Positions 63,258-64,000 of a stretch of 64,000 nt of DNA are shown here, piece after piece (position 1 is the first letter of the stretch; each line of letters opens with the position of its first letter). A model generated the notes under the pieces. It was not told the DNA's origin. It did not search any database and worked only from the letters and a program-made list of their open reading frames with translations. The DNA is from Octopus bimaculoides. Its lineage: Eukaryota. A program made the position numbers and the translations under genes. The DNA is taken from the NCBI RefSeq assembly GCF_001194135.2, contig NC_068997.1:42230775-42294774 (forward strand), read 5' to 3'.

Positions 63258-64000
63258 ATGACTGTGCTGAGAATGGGGTGCGTGAATGTGCGTGGTCTGG
63301 GATCAGCTTGAAATCAGCATCTCACACTTTAGTACTAGTGGGGGACTGGAAAAGTGTTTTGGACGCACGGAAGGACTATATGGGTTAGAAGGGGGTGAAA
63401 AAGCCTCGAAAACCTGCTCAGGACTTTCCAGCTTTCTGACAGGTACCGACTGGATTTTCCTGATGTGCCAGTGTGGACATGGAGCAACCAAAGCGGGTCA
63501 TCTAGATCGTATTTAGATAGAGCATTTGTTAGGTCAGAGACTAGAAATAACATAGGTTATCCACAATTTAAATTGGTCGGCTACACAGATCACAAAATTT
63601 GTGATATGCTCAGTCGATTTAAATAGGACCCGTAGACAGGGACCCGGTTACTGGAAGTTGAATACGTCCTTACCAGCTCGCAAAGACTACAGGGACCGGA
63701 TTAGCGAACTAGATGGTGGATCGCTCTGAAGAGAGCGATTAGAGTAGAATCAATAGCGTTTAGCAAAGATTTAGCAATGGAAAGAAATAGATTAGAGGGA
63801 GAACTAGTTTGCAAACTAGGAGATATTAGTAAAGACATCGCGACCGACATATTAGCATCAAGAATGGCCCTTGACCATTTCTTTGAGGCAAAACACGAAG
63901 GGCGCGCTGTCAGAGCTAAGGCCCGTGCGCTAAAACACGAAGGAACTAAAGCCGTCTGATGGGCCCGAACGGTAGAGACGTGACGTGGAAATAAAACCAC
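63258..64000 (+). mobile_element. Tx1/L1-type ORF2 start (APE endonuclease), disrupted and running off the window
   Basis: MTVLRMGCVNVRGL*, ..WTWSNQSGSSRSYLDRAFV.., GYTDHK, QGPGYWKLNTSL. Confidence 0.9.

Overview
AT-rich, repeat-dense animal genomic DNA with five N-gaps. The SINE families and microsatellite load suggest an octopod cephalopod (inference). The only gene I can reconstruct is a complete 8-exon HIF1AN/FIH-1 orthologue (factor inhibiting HIF, a JmjC asparaginyl hydroxylase) on the minus strand: CDS 46547->6843, 975 nt, 324 aa, all introns GT-AG with consistent phases, 22.2-kb first intron. The rest is transposable-element material: tRNA-derived SINEs, hAT and piggyBac MITEs, Tc1/mariner copies (DD34E, DD37E/TRT-like, DD41D-like), a decayed Ty3/Gypsy pol, and Tx1/L1, RTE, CR1-like and CRE-like non-LTR fragments. 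The most unusual signal is a small retroelement family inserted as inverted dimers with 12-13 bp target-site duplications (11813-12317 and 47346-47645). Each arm carries a minimal type-I hammerhead ribozyme motif of the Penelope-like-element type, and one copy also has a tRNA-derived head. A second hammerhead-like motif with a variant core lies at 32947-32983. A visible shift in CpG content near 28 kb, with candidate splice sites and ACGTG motifs, hints at an internal promoter in HIF1AN intron 1. Exon, hammerhead and TSD coordinates were counted by hand; most other repeat boundaries are approximate.
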